Part shown: positions 1 through 8,673 of the stretch, one piece after another
Numbering within the stretch: the stretch's first letter is position 1
Layout: every line of letters starts with the position of its first letter
Virus record (IMG/VR): IMGVR_UViG_3300014202_000536
Strand: one strand, 5' to 3'
Length of the DNA: 64,000 nt
From: a virus
The notes under the pieces: model-generated
Databases searched by the model: none
What the model was told of the DNA's origin: nothing
What the model saw: the letters and a program-made list of their open reading frames with translations, nothing else
Position numbers and translations under genes: made by a program

Positions 1-117
1 AGCTCATCCTCATGTTCAGGACCTTTTGCTGTCACTGCCACTTTCAACTTCTCCAAAAACTCCTGATCTCTAAGAATGCTCTTCTCAATGTCGGAGAGTT
101 CTTTCATTGTTGATCAC

Positions 118-378
118 CTATCGTTTGACGTTTTTTGAACCAACAATAATGATGTTTGCTGAGACCTGACATTTGACGCCACTTATCACCACCTTTCCCG
201 TGACGTTCCAACCTACACTTCCAGATGAATACTCCTTCTTGTCACCAACAACTGATTGTCCATCGATCATCAATGTAATTGATTGCGGCGCGTCATCAAG
301 CATTTTCTCTGTAACGACTGGCTTCGACTTCTCCTTCTTCTTTTTGCCTTCCTCCTTCTCCTTCTCTTTCTTTGCCAT
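118..378 (-). CDS. Small basic conserved hypothetical protein
   Basis: AGGAGG SD and its own extended -10 promoter; Lys-rich N-terminus and GSxGW..GK..QVSxN..GSK motif. Confidence 0.6.
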   Translation of the reverse strand: MAKKEKEKEEGKKKKEKSKPVVTEKMLDDAPQSITLMIDGQSVVGDKKEYSSGSVGWNVTGKVVISGVKCQVSANIIIVGSKNVKR

Positions 379-450
379 TTAAACTTCCTCCTTATATAAT
401 TGTTAGGGTATACCTAGGGGCAGCAATACTATTAGTGCTGCGATTATCAA

Positions 451-461
451 TATTATATCAT
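451..461 (-). promoter_or_regulatory. Extended -10 promoter (TGATATAAT)
   Basis: ATGATATAATA on minus strand upstream of 118..378; identical 11-mer at 15971-15981. Confidence 0.55.
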
Positions 462-520
462 ACGTCAAAAATTGATGTACATAGTGATCTCAAGCGGTTT
501 CCCAAACTTAAACAAAACTG

Positions 521-793
521 TTAACTATTCAAATCACTAACTACTCTCCATTTCAACGGCTTCTTACCAACACCATTAGTCCTGTTATATAACTTCTTTC
601 CTTTTTCCACATACCACCGTATAAGTTTTGCTTCTTCTACATTAGCCTTTTCTTTCGTCTTACACCTCTTAGCAATTATCATCTTATGCTTAATGCAGAA
701 AATTTTAAGTGATCTATGCCTAGTTTTTGGCCGTACTGCTTGTCCTATGTAACAAAAACCATTTGGAAATTTAATTACGTATATGTAATGCAT
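521..793 (-). CDS. Minimal GIY-YIG endonuclease
   Basis: YIY..YIGQ..R..H...E...YN motif series; locally AT-rich. Confidence 0.7.
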   Translation of the reverse strand: MHYIYVIKFPNGFCYIGQAVRPKTRHRSLKIFCIKHKMIIAKRCKTKEKANVEEAKLIRWYVEKGKKLYNRTNGVGKKPLKWRVVSDLNS

Positions 794-813
794 TTCAGGT
801 CCGTATTACTGAC

Positions 814-1068
814 TTACTCTTCTTCACTCAACCGTTCGAAGGCACCTTCAGTAATATCATTCACGAACAGCGCAATCTTACTATTGGAATAGACGATATA
901 GCATGCTCGCAATGGATCTTTCGAAATTCTTTTATATTCATTTGCAAGATAGACAAATTCAGCTTGCACTGGTTGCAACCATTTCGTCAGTCTCACCATT
1001 GATTTGATATTTGCAATATCCTTCAAATGGTACACATCGGCAGTTGGTAATCGCATATAAGGTTTCAT
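814..1068 (-). CDS. Hypothetical protein
   Basis: ORF translationally coupled to the MCM stop; likely start MKPYM. Confidence 0.5.
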   Translation of the reverse strand: MKPYMRLPTADVYHLKDIANIKSMVRLTKWLQPVQAEFVYLANEYKRISKDPLRACYIVYSNSKIALFVNDITEGAFERLSEEE

Positions 1069-2939
1069 CGATGCTTCCTCGATTCGCGTACTCTGTTTCG
1101 TAACCATCGTGTAAAATGTGCAGTCTTCACATATCGTGGTGATGAACCACCACCCTCTTTCTTAATGACACATCGAAATTTAATCAACTTTGAAATGATC
1201 TCTGTTGAAATTGGCGTGGAGACATTCAGATGCTCTAACAAATCACGCGACTGAATGTAGGTATTATTCAACAGATACGTGTACGCATCATCTTGACTAT
1301 GATATGCATTGAAGTACGCCACTAATGCATCGATGTTTTCTTTCTGCAACGATGGATTCAATTCTTTCTGCTGCCATGAATGGTCGTAATACCCATGCAC
1401 ATCTGCACGATATAATCCTCTTAAAAACGTTGAAGCACATTGCACATGCAACCGTTTCACCTTCAATTGACTACCATCTTTCGATGCACTATATAATCGT
1501 GATGCATATGCAATCGCAATCTTTGCAATCTTAAATCTGACATTCTCTCCTTGAATGAGTGGAATCCCAATGTCATAGAACTTTCCTAATCGATTGGCCA
1601 CTTTGAAGATCTCATTCACGGCTTCTTCTGTAAAAATAATCTGATCGCTTGATCGGCTCCATGTCCACATGATCAATTCACGTTCAGCATATTGTGGATG
1701 GAGAAACGCCGTCAACTTGTGCTTCTTATTTATTTTCTCAATTGGGACTTCTTCATGCGACACTACACACGCATAATCAAATCGTGCGATGTCTTCAGGT
1801 GCATGAACAAGATCGCGTAACGCATGTACGCCAAACGTATAGTTCGACATCGCCTTACTTGGCGGATTGGTCAGAAACAATAATCGCGTCCTTGCATTCG
1901 TAATCTGCTGTACAATCTTCGTGACTTCAGCGACACCTTCACTTCGTATCCTTGATAACCTTGTCCAATCAGTACCAGTTAACTCTGACGCTTCGTCAAC
2001 AATCACTAATCCACGGTCATTGAGTGGGATTCTTCCCCATGATATCAGCCAATGATTACCAATTTGTTGCGCGCCACCAACTAATCCAGCAAACGTACAA
2101 TTCTCTGCGCCAACAACTTCACCAATCCCATAATACTTTGATAGTCCTTCAGCAACGTGGCCTTTGCCACATCGAGTATCGCCAATAACAATCGCATCCA
2201 TACGAGCTGGTTGGCATCTTCCACCAGGTAATGAAAATTCAAGCGCGCTATGAAACGCTAGATCAATGGCCATATGCAACGCGAAACGATCATAGATTTT
2301 TGTAACGTTCCGTGCGTATGACTCATACAATCGTCCCAAATACTCGTACACGTCATCAACGTCCTTCGCGTTCACACGAAATTCTTCTAGATCTGACTTA
2401 ACTTTGCCTGTAATTTCAAATGATTCAATATCAGACTTTGACTTCTCAGCCCTTAAAAAGACATACGTCGTGACTTGGTTTCTTGGATCAACCGTCGCAT
2501 ATCCACTCAAATAATACGTATGGTTGGCATCAATATCATGCCCAACAAAATATGACGTCTGTGCAGACATCCATTTGGTTCTGTCTTCACCTGTTGGCTG
2601 AGAGATAAATATTCGTAACACGTTCTGCGTTTCTTTGACATCCACAGTCGGCTTCTTACATGACAACTTAAACACTGCCTTCACAACTGATGGCAACCTC
2701 GTTGATGGTGAATCAAGGAACATCAGAAACAACTCGTTCTTTGCAATCACCTCAAGGTCTTTTCCACCACGCAATTTACATTGATCATCACCACAACCTA
2801 AACATTTGGCATGAATAAGTTTTGGGATTTTATATGGTGTCGCGCTTTTGCCAGACACAATCACACGAACTCGTATGGGTGAATTGTGAAACTTTGATTT
2901 CGCAATATCCCCCAAATTGTTTAACATGGGACCTTTCAA
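1065..2939 (-). CDS. MCM-like AAA+ replicative helicase
   Basis: Walker A variant IGDTRCGKG, Walker B VIVDE, Arg finger ARFD, N-terminal Cys cluster, C-terminal wHTH-like segment. Confidence 0.8.
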   Translation of the reverse strand: MKGPMLNNLGDIAKSKFHNSPIRVRVIVSGKSATPYKIPKLIHAKCLGCGDDQCKLRGGKDLEVIAKNELFLMFLDSPSTRLPSVVKAVFKLSCKKPTVDVKETQNVLRIFISQPTGEDRTKWMSAQTSYFVGHDIDANHTYYLSGYATVDPRNQVTTYVFLRAEKSKSDIESFEITGKVKSDLEEFRVNAKDVDDVYEYLGRLYESYARNVTKIYDRFALHMAIDLAFHSALEFSLPGGRCQPARMDAIVIGDTRCGKGHVAEGLSKYYGIGEVVGAENCTFAGLVGGAQQIGNHWLISWGRIPLNDRGLVIVDEASELTGTDWTRLSRIRSEGVAEVTKIVQQITNARTRLLFLTNPPSKAMSNYTFGVHALRDLVHAPEDIARFDYACVVSHEEVPIEKINKKHKLTAFLHPQYAERELIMWTWSRSSDQIIFTEEAVNEIFKVANRLGKFYDIGIPLIQGENVRFKIAKIAIAYASRLYSASKDGSQLKVKRLHVQCASTFLRGLYRADVHGYYDHSWQQKELNPSLQKENIDALVAYFNAYHSQDDAYTYLLNNTYIQSRDLLEHLNVSTPISTEIISKLIKFRCVIKKEGGGSSPRYVKTAHFTRWLRNRVRESRKHR

Positions 2940-2950
2940 TATAATGAGGA

Positions 2951-2969
2951 CCGGGATGTAAAATCCCGG
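2951..2969 (-). terminator. GC-rich hairpin between SSB and helicase genes
   Basis: CCGGGAT-gtaaa-ATCCCGG perfect 7-bp stem. Confidence 0.45.
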
Positions 2970-3000
2970 CCCCCATAATCACTGATAGGAAAAGGAAAAA

Positions 3001-3639
3001 CTACCGACGGCTCTTCTTCTTTTTCTTCTTATCCTTCTTTGACTTCTTCTTTTTCTTTGGCTCGTCGTCCTCCTCTTCCTCCTCTTCTTCCTCTTCTTCT
3101 TCCTCCTCTTCGCTTTCCTCTTCTTCCTCTTCCTCTTCTTCAGAACCTTCTTCCTCCTCCTCCTCTTCCTCTTCTTCCTCTTCTCCTTCGCCGTCCTCGT
3201 CCTTCTTCACGATTTCATTGTCACCAACTGCGACGATAGAGCTGTTCTGGAAATCACCCTTTGTCGTGAGCTTAATGGTCACTGTATCCTCAAACTCCTC
3301 AACAAAGCTTTCCACTGCTTCAGGAAGATCTTCCATATCCTCTGGCAATTCCAAACCGAGGACCTCTGCGTATCCTTTAAAATACGACATGTTATCCTCA
3401 GTCTCAATTCCACTAAACTTCAGGAACGTCTTGCCTTTCTTCTCCTTCGGCTTCTTGACTTTGAACTCTGTCACAACCTGCAATCGGTTGCTTTTGCTCT
3501 TTGCAACCTTCATCCCGGTTAGATTACAGACGTACTCGCCATCCGGAAGCCGCGATCCTCCACCGCCGCCTTGCTTGGCTTCGGTCTTTGCCCACATCTT
3601 CGACAACTTCTTCAAATCTTTCGCCACATCACTAGCCAT
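3001..3639 (-). CDS. DUF669-like phage ssDNA-binding protein with poly-Glu then poly-Lys tail
   Basis: LPDGEY..KSKSNRLQV OB-type N-terminus; adjacent to Sak4-like ATPase; acidic tail. Confidence 0.7.
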   Translation of the reverse strand: MASDVAKDLKKLSKMWAKTEAKQGGGGGSRLPDGEYVCNLTGMKVAKSKSNRLQVVTEFKVKKPKEKKGKTFLKFSGIETEDNMSYFKGYAEVLGLELPEDMEDLPEAVESFVEEFEDTVTIKLTTKGDFQNSSIVAVGDNEIVKKDEDGEGEEEEEEEEEEEEGSEEEEEEEEESEEEEEEEEEEEEEEDDEPKKKKKSKKDKKKKKKSRR

Positions 3640-3734
3640 CTGGAACCTCCAACAATTAAGTTAAATGAATAGCACACTGTCCCATTACTACCCTCACCTC
3701 ATACTGCCACTTGATCTACACGACACACCTCCTT

Positions 3735-4490
3735 TCATTTCGTCTTCCTCCCACTATAGTAATCTGCAATTAAATTGTACGTCTTCTTTGGATCTGCAAA
3801 GCATCGAATCTTATTCGGCAAATAACCATCACGATCACCAGCTTCTAAAAACTCTGATGGCTCAAATGACATCATGCGTTGTTGAATGAACTTGACCTTG
3901 CCTGTTTCCTCATCTTTCTTCTTGATCGATTCAAAATCAATGTATCCAATGACCGATACAAGTGGAATGATAATCTTTCTTGCACGTTCAGGCAATGACG
4001 TTACTGTCTTCGTCACTGGCCCATTCATTGTATTGACTTCTTTAATTTGCATATGCGAAATAAAGATACAGCCATATCCAGAACCGATCATCTTATTGAT
4101 CTCTTTGCCAAACGCTTTGTCGATCATCCCAACACCTTTGCCATACCCAGCTTCTGATGGGTGTTCGATCTTTAATTTTTGGCATACGTACGTCTCACAA
4201 TTCATATACATGGCGTCCACAAAATCAAAGACCACGGTCTTGCAATCAATCGTCTTCTTGTTCTCGATCAAATAATCGATTGCTGCCATAAGCTTCTTAT
4301 GTGTATTGACAAGAATGTATGGCGCCTTGATACGAGCAATTTCCTTTTTCGATGTGATCAGATACACGATGTTTGGCCATCCAGATGCAAACGTGGTCTT
4401 GCCCATCTTCGGTGGACCAAACACCATCCATGCTGATTCATGCAACTGTACTGTTCCTTTCGACTGCTTAATCTCGACTTGTTCTGTCAT
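3735..4490 (-). CDS. AAA_24/Sak4-like recombination ATPase
   Basis: GPPKMGKTT Walker A, VVFD, YGKG, FISH motifs. Confidence 0.8.
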   Translation of the reverse strand: MTEQVEIKQSKGTVQLHESAWMVFGPPKMGKTTFASGWPNIVYLITSKKEIARIKAPYILVNTHKKLMAAIDYLIENKKTIDCKTVVFDFVDAMYMNCETYVCQKLKIEHPSEAGYGKGVGMIDKAFGKEINKMIGSGYGCIFISHMQIKEVNTMNGPVTKTVTSLPERARKIIIPLVSVIGYIDFESIKKKDEETGKVKFIQQRMMSFEPSEFLEAGDRDGYLPNKIRCFADPKKTYNLIADYYSGRKTK

Positions 4491-4696
4491 TGCGCCTCCT
4501 TTAAAATCTTATCAGCCATCTTCCGCATAAACTTATGCGACGGTGTTTGGTCGTACAAACAACCTTTCTCATATTTCCCATTGACCCATTTCACATAACA
4601 TCCATCTGCTAAATCAATGGACCAATCTTTTCTCGTCCAATACTCACTCAATGCGGAATTTGTTTCTGCACCACATCGACAATTTACGGCAGGCAT
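4487..4696 (-). CDS. Small Cys-containing hypothetical protein
   Basis: AGGAGG SD; in operon. Confidence 0.5.
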   Translation of the reverse strand: MPAVNCRCGAETNSALSEYWTRKDWSIDLADGCYVKWVNGKYEKGCLYDQTPSHKFMRKMADKILKEAQ

Positions 4697-4704
4697 TCTG
4701 CCTC

Positions 4705-5667
4705 CTAATCAACGACGTTTTCAACCTCTTCAGAAATTTCTTTCTCGTCACTCACATGATATTTCTTTCGAATGGTCAACAACTTCATCTCTTCTTTCTC
4801 ATTGCCATGACATAACCCGTAATACGCACAACGATCCCAATCACTAATGCAACGACTAAAGTCCTGGTAATAATCGTCTTTGTCTTTGCATGCGAGCATC
4901 TGCTGTGAGACTTTATCGACTGTGTTCATCACAGCTGCACCAGAAATGAAAGAACCTTTCGTACGTTCAAGATGAAACTTCATGCCACCTTCACCTGATG
5001 AATACCATTCTTGCAAACGTACAAGAAACTCTCGTCGTGATTCATTCTTCTTCTGTCGAATGCTTGGCTTCCGAATGATCTGATACAAAATACCATGCAG
5101 CTTATCCCATTTCATTTTCTTTGCTAATCGATTGTACACCTCAAAGTACAGTCCCGATTGTGGGTCCGTCTTGATCGAATTCACCCGCTCCATATCCAAC
5201 GACTTCAGATTCTTTAATTCCCATACCCAATCAACATTCCGATTCTCAAGCACGTTATCGACCTTACCAACGACAACCACCTTCTTGTTGAGTTCGTATT
5301 GTAAGACCCGTTCAGTGGCCACATGTTTGGTCGCTTTCAAAAACTGTGAGTATTGCAATCGAAATGCATCTAACATGCCAACAACAGAGAACTCTTGTGC
5401 GGCCAAATCTTCCTCTTGTACTGGTGATAACAAGAATTCTTTTCTCGCTGTCTGTGCCTCTTCCTTGTATTTCTGCTTAATCATTGCCAATGCTTTGTCA
5501 GGCTTCAGCAACAATGTTTGAATGCCATGATGCATGATACGACCAACAATGAACGGCAACTTAAAGATCCGTTTCTCCAATCGTCGAATGTGCTTCCAAT
5601 AATAAAACCGTGGACACTTTCGAAACGAGTTCATACTCGAATACGAAATGAACAATTGCTTTCCCAT
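4705..5667 (-). CDS. PD-(D/E)XK Cas4/RecB-like exonuclease
   Basis: SYSS..F..CPR, GKVD, ELK, and three C-terminal Cys. Confidence 0.8.
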   Translation of the reverse strand: MGKQLFISYSSMNSFRKCPRFYYWKHIRRLEKRIFKLPFIVGRIMHHGIQTLLLKPDKALAMIKQKYKEEAQTARKEFLLSPVQEEDLAAQEFSVVGMLDAFRLQYSQFLKATKHVATERVLQYELNKKVVVVGKVDNVLENRNVDWVWELKNLKSLDMERVNSIKTDPQSGLYFEVYNRLAKKMKWDKLHGILYQIIRKPSIRQKKNESRREFLVRLQEWYSSGEGGMKFHLERTKGSFISGAAVMNTVDKVSQQMLACKDKDDYYQDFSRCISDWDRCAYYGLCHGNEKEEMKLLTIRKKYHVSDEKEISEEVENVVD

Positions 5668-5676
5668 TCACCCTCC

Positions 5677-7068
5677 TTATCCCTTCATCTTCATAAACTC
5701 TTTCTTCAATCCTTCAACGAGGTTTCCTTTCTTTCTAAAACAATCGTAGACTTGTTGCTCAACTGGAGTCTCAGTAACGAAATCAATGTACGTGATAGAT
5801 GAATGGATCTCAGAACCTTTTCGTCTGACTCGTGCTTCACTATTTGCACGCAAATCATACGACCAGATATTGGAGTAGTATAATGCATATCGCGCAGCAG
5901 TGAGCGTAACGGATTCTGCAGCCTTCTTTTGCGTAGCCAACAAAATTGTATATCTCTTGTCATGTTGAAATAGTTTCACGGAGCGATCTGGATCCTCCGT
6001 CTCTCCAGTCAATGTCAAGACACCATACTTTAATCGTGTGAGATACTTAAACATTTTCTTGATCGCGAATCGATGTGACGCCCATATCACGATCTTGTTA
6101 TGGTACGCATCCATCTCTTCCAACGTCTCGATCAACGCTTCATCTTTGTTGGTTGGAATGACGGCAATGTTCCCATCTTTGTCACGTACATAGCCATCGC
6201 AAATCTCTAACGATTTCGTGATCAATGCAAAGATATATTGCGTATCGATCTTGACTTTGCCAAGCTCTAAACGAAATGTTGATCGAAACTCTTCCAAGAG
6301 TTCCTTCTGTTTTGATGTCAATGGAATATCAAGCTTCTTATAAATCTTTGGTGGCAACTTCAACGATTGATTTGTGCGATGGATACAGAATGACGAGATT
6401 TTCCGAATAAGATCTTGTACACGCTTTCGTTTTGGTAACTTCTTCGTTCCCATCCGCACAAAGTACGAATTGAGGAATGCGTAGTACGATGAACCCAACA
6501 ACCCATCATCATTGAGGAACTTGATTTGTGCGTACAGATTCGTCAAGTTCTCTGTCACTGGAAAGCCAGTCATGATGTAGCGGCGTTTAATCCGTTTCCC
6601 AATGTCCCAGATAATTGCTGTTCGTTTGGTATGTGGCGATTTGATTTTTGTCGACTCATCCAAGAACACTGCATCCCATGGACATTTGATCAAATCACGA
6701 TAGATATTTTTCACACCATCATAATTGACCAAACACAATGTTGGCCGAACCGTCGCACGATGATATGGGCCTTTCGCAATGACAGATGACTTCATGGCAT
6801 GATGTAGAATCCTGGCCTTCTTGCGACGAGATCCAACCAATGTGGCCCACTGAAAATTACTATGCTGGCGAATTTCAGATGGCCATGTCGATTGTACGCT
6901 CAACTTCGTTGATATGACCAAGATTCTTGCCAATCGCAACTTCTCAATGATCATGAGCGCTGCAAGAGTTTTCCCAGTGCCATACTCTGAAAAAATTCCT
7001 GCATATGGTCGTTCAGCGGCAAAGTCACTGATCTGAACCTGCAAATCCATCGGCTTTGTACGAATCAT
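5677..7068 (-). CDS. SNF2-family helicase/ATPase
   Basis: GTGKT, LDES, MTGFP, C-terminal SEARVRRKG; start likely MIRTKP. Confidence 0.85.
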   Translation of the reverse strand: MIRTKPMDLQVQISDFAAERPYAGIFSEYGTGKTLAALMIIEKLRLARILVISTKLSVQSTWPSEIRQHSNFQWATLVGSRRKKARILHHAMKSSVIAKGPYHRATVRPTLCLVNYDGVKNIYRDLIKCPWDAVFLDESTKIKSPHTKRTAIIWDIGKRIKRRYIMTGFPVTENLTNLYAQIKFLNDDGLLGSSYYAFLNSYFVRMGTKKLPKRKRVQDLIRKISSFCIHRTNQSLKLPPKIYKKLDIPLTSKQKELLEEFRSTFRLELGKVKIDTQYIFALITKSLEICDGYVRDKDGNIAVIPTNKDEALIETLEEMDAYHNKIVIWASHRFAIKKMFKYLTRLKYGVLTLTGETEDPDRSVKLFQHDKRYTILLATQKKAAESVTLTAARYALYYSNIWSYDLRANSEARVRRKGSEIHSSITYIDFVTETPVEQQVYDCFRKKGNLVEGLKKEFMKMKG

Positions 7069-7069
7069 G

Positions 7070-7372
7070 TTATTTCCTAATGCACATTTCAGAATCAATT
7101 GGATCGCGATCAACAAGCCTTCGTGCAATGATCCTCTTCCAAATTTCTCTCACATCTTCACGAGTATATTCTGGAAACGCTTTTGTTAACCACTCTTCAC
7201 TAACCAAAAACCTATTACTTTCGTTTGCTCGACCTCGATACTCTTCAATTATAAACTCGACTTCTTCCTCAAATTGCTTCAATCGTCGGTACTTCAACCA
7301 TTTGCCAACACCAATCCCAATCGCAATTGTTGCCACCAAAAATATGAATACAGCCATCAATATCTCTAACAT
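7070..7372 (-). CDS. Membrane-anchored hypothetical protein
   Basis: N-terminal hydrophobic helix; in operon. Confidence 0.55.
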   Translation of the reverse strand: MLEILMAVFIFLVATIAIGIGVGKWLKYRRLKQFEEEVEFIIEEYRGRANESNRFLVSEEWLTKAFPEYTREDVREIWKRIIARRLVDRDPIDSEMCIRK

Positions 7373-7564
7373 CTTATTTCTCCATAAATTCGTCGAACTC
7401 TTGCCGACGGTTAAGTAATGACATGATCAATCGATCCTTTTCAAGCTCATTTAACCCTGAAATATAGACTTCCAATACGGCAATGTCTAACGTTGGATTT
7501 CCAATATCAACACTCTCACCATGAACGCGAATATAAATACCAGTTTCCATTGCCTTCCTCTCAG

Positions 7565-8068
7565 TTAAACTCTTCCATGGATACGCCAATGCCCAATGCC
7601 AATTGCATCACACACGTTATGATCCATATCCTTCCACTCTTCCTTCGTAAAGCTCTTGCCTTTCCCAACGTAATCACGTTCAATGCGATTCTTCATAATG
7701 TCTTTCGATAATTGTCCTTTCCATCCACGTGGTAAGACAAACGTGAACTTATCCACATCATTACGCATCGCATAAAACAACCCACACATGAATGAAAGCT
7801 TTGTAATTGAACCGCTCTCACGTGCTGCAAACCCAGCCACTGCCCAATGATCAGGTAACTCACATGCAACATCAGTCACCTTACATTTCTTTCGAATGGC
7901 ATTGACCTTATTGAAAATGGAAAATGCCTTGTCATAAAACTCACCGTCACGAATGGTGATCTTATCGGGATGTATGAGAATCGCATCTTCCAATTTCTTG
8001 GTCTTCTTATCGAACACGGCTATGCCACAGTTATTAATCGATGGATCGATTGCCAACAGATAGCTCAT
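7565..8068 (-). CDS. RuvC-like Holliday junction resolvase
   Basis: LLAIDPS..CGIA, ELP, WKG, DAIGIG. Confidence 0.8.
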   Translation of the reverse strand: MSYLLAIDPSINNCGIAVFDKKTKKLEDAILIHPDKITIRDGEFYDKAFSIFNKVNAIRKKCKVTDVACELPDHWAVAGFAARESGSITKLSFMCGLFYAMRNDVDKFTFVLPRGWKGQLSKDIMKNRIERDYVGKGKSFTKEEWKDMDHNVCDAIGIGHWRIHGRV

Positions 8069-8508
8069 CGCAGTAATTCCTTTACGATCAATTGCGATCG
8101 TTTCAATCGTCGTGCATGTAACGTCAAGATCGCAGACAATTCAAGTTCTGGTGAGACCCAACCTTCTGGCTTGACAATATCATACGATGATCCACGCTTT
8201 GATTCTGATGCATGTTCAACTCGGCGCTTTGTCAAGTTCGCTGCATGCACAACATCCCATCCATCTTGCCATGGAAACTGACACACATACGCCGTACCCA
8301 TTGCCACGTAGACAAGATCAATTAATGCATCAAACGCCTTGACATGATCATTCAACTCAACTGCCTCAACAAACTCGTTAAGCTCTTCTCGCATAAACCC
8401 AAGACGAAAGTCCAACAGTCCTTCTTCAAGCTCAATCGATGGCGCTACACTTTGTGGCACCTTGAACTTATTATGAAAGGCCACGATATCATCCCACATT
8501 TTATCCAT
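8065..8508 (-). CDS. MazG/PRA-PH-like nucleoside triphosphate pyrophosphatase
   Basis: EELNE..DALIDLVYV..G, VHAANLTK, KPEGW. Confidence 0.85.
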   Translation of the reverse strand: MDKMWDDIVAFHNKFKVPQSVAPSIELEEGLLDFRLGFMREELNEFVEAVELNDHVKAFDALIDLVYVAMGTAYVCQFPWQDGWDVVHAANLTKRRVEHASESKRGSSYDIVKPEGWVSPELELSAILTLHARRLKRSQLIVKELLR

Positions 8509-8519
8509 TCATCCTCCAT

Positions 8520-8660
8520 TTACCAAATAACCATCTTGCCATCCGTATAGTGTGACCACGTTAATCCACAGACATTACATGAAATGTCTAACGATGCCTT
8601 CGCAAAAAACACGTCGATATCACATGACTGACACTTCGGACATTTGCTTTCATTGATCAA
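8520..8660 (-). CDS. 46-aa zinc-ribbon protein (not in ORF track)
   Basis: GGAGG SD, TTG start, CPKC...CNVCG. Confidence 0.55.
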   Translation of the reverse strand: MINESKCPKCQSCDIDVFFAKASLDISCNVCGLTWSHYTDGKMVIW

Positions 8661-8673
8661 CTTTGCCTCCTCA

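Noticed and set aside
1065..2939. Archaeal host implied by MCM
   Set aside because: SLT, lipoboxes, sigma70-like promoters and PolA point to a bacterial host
4705..5667. CRISPR-Cas (Cas4-like) system
   Set aside because: No cas1/cas2 or repeat-spacer array seen; typical phage recombination nuclease next to Sak4/SSB
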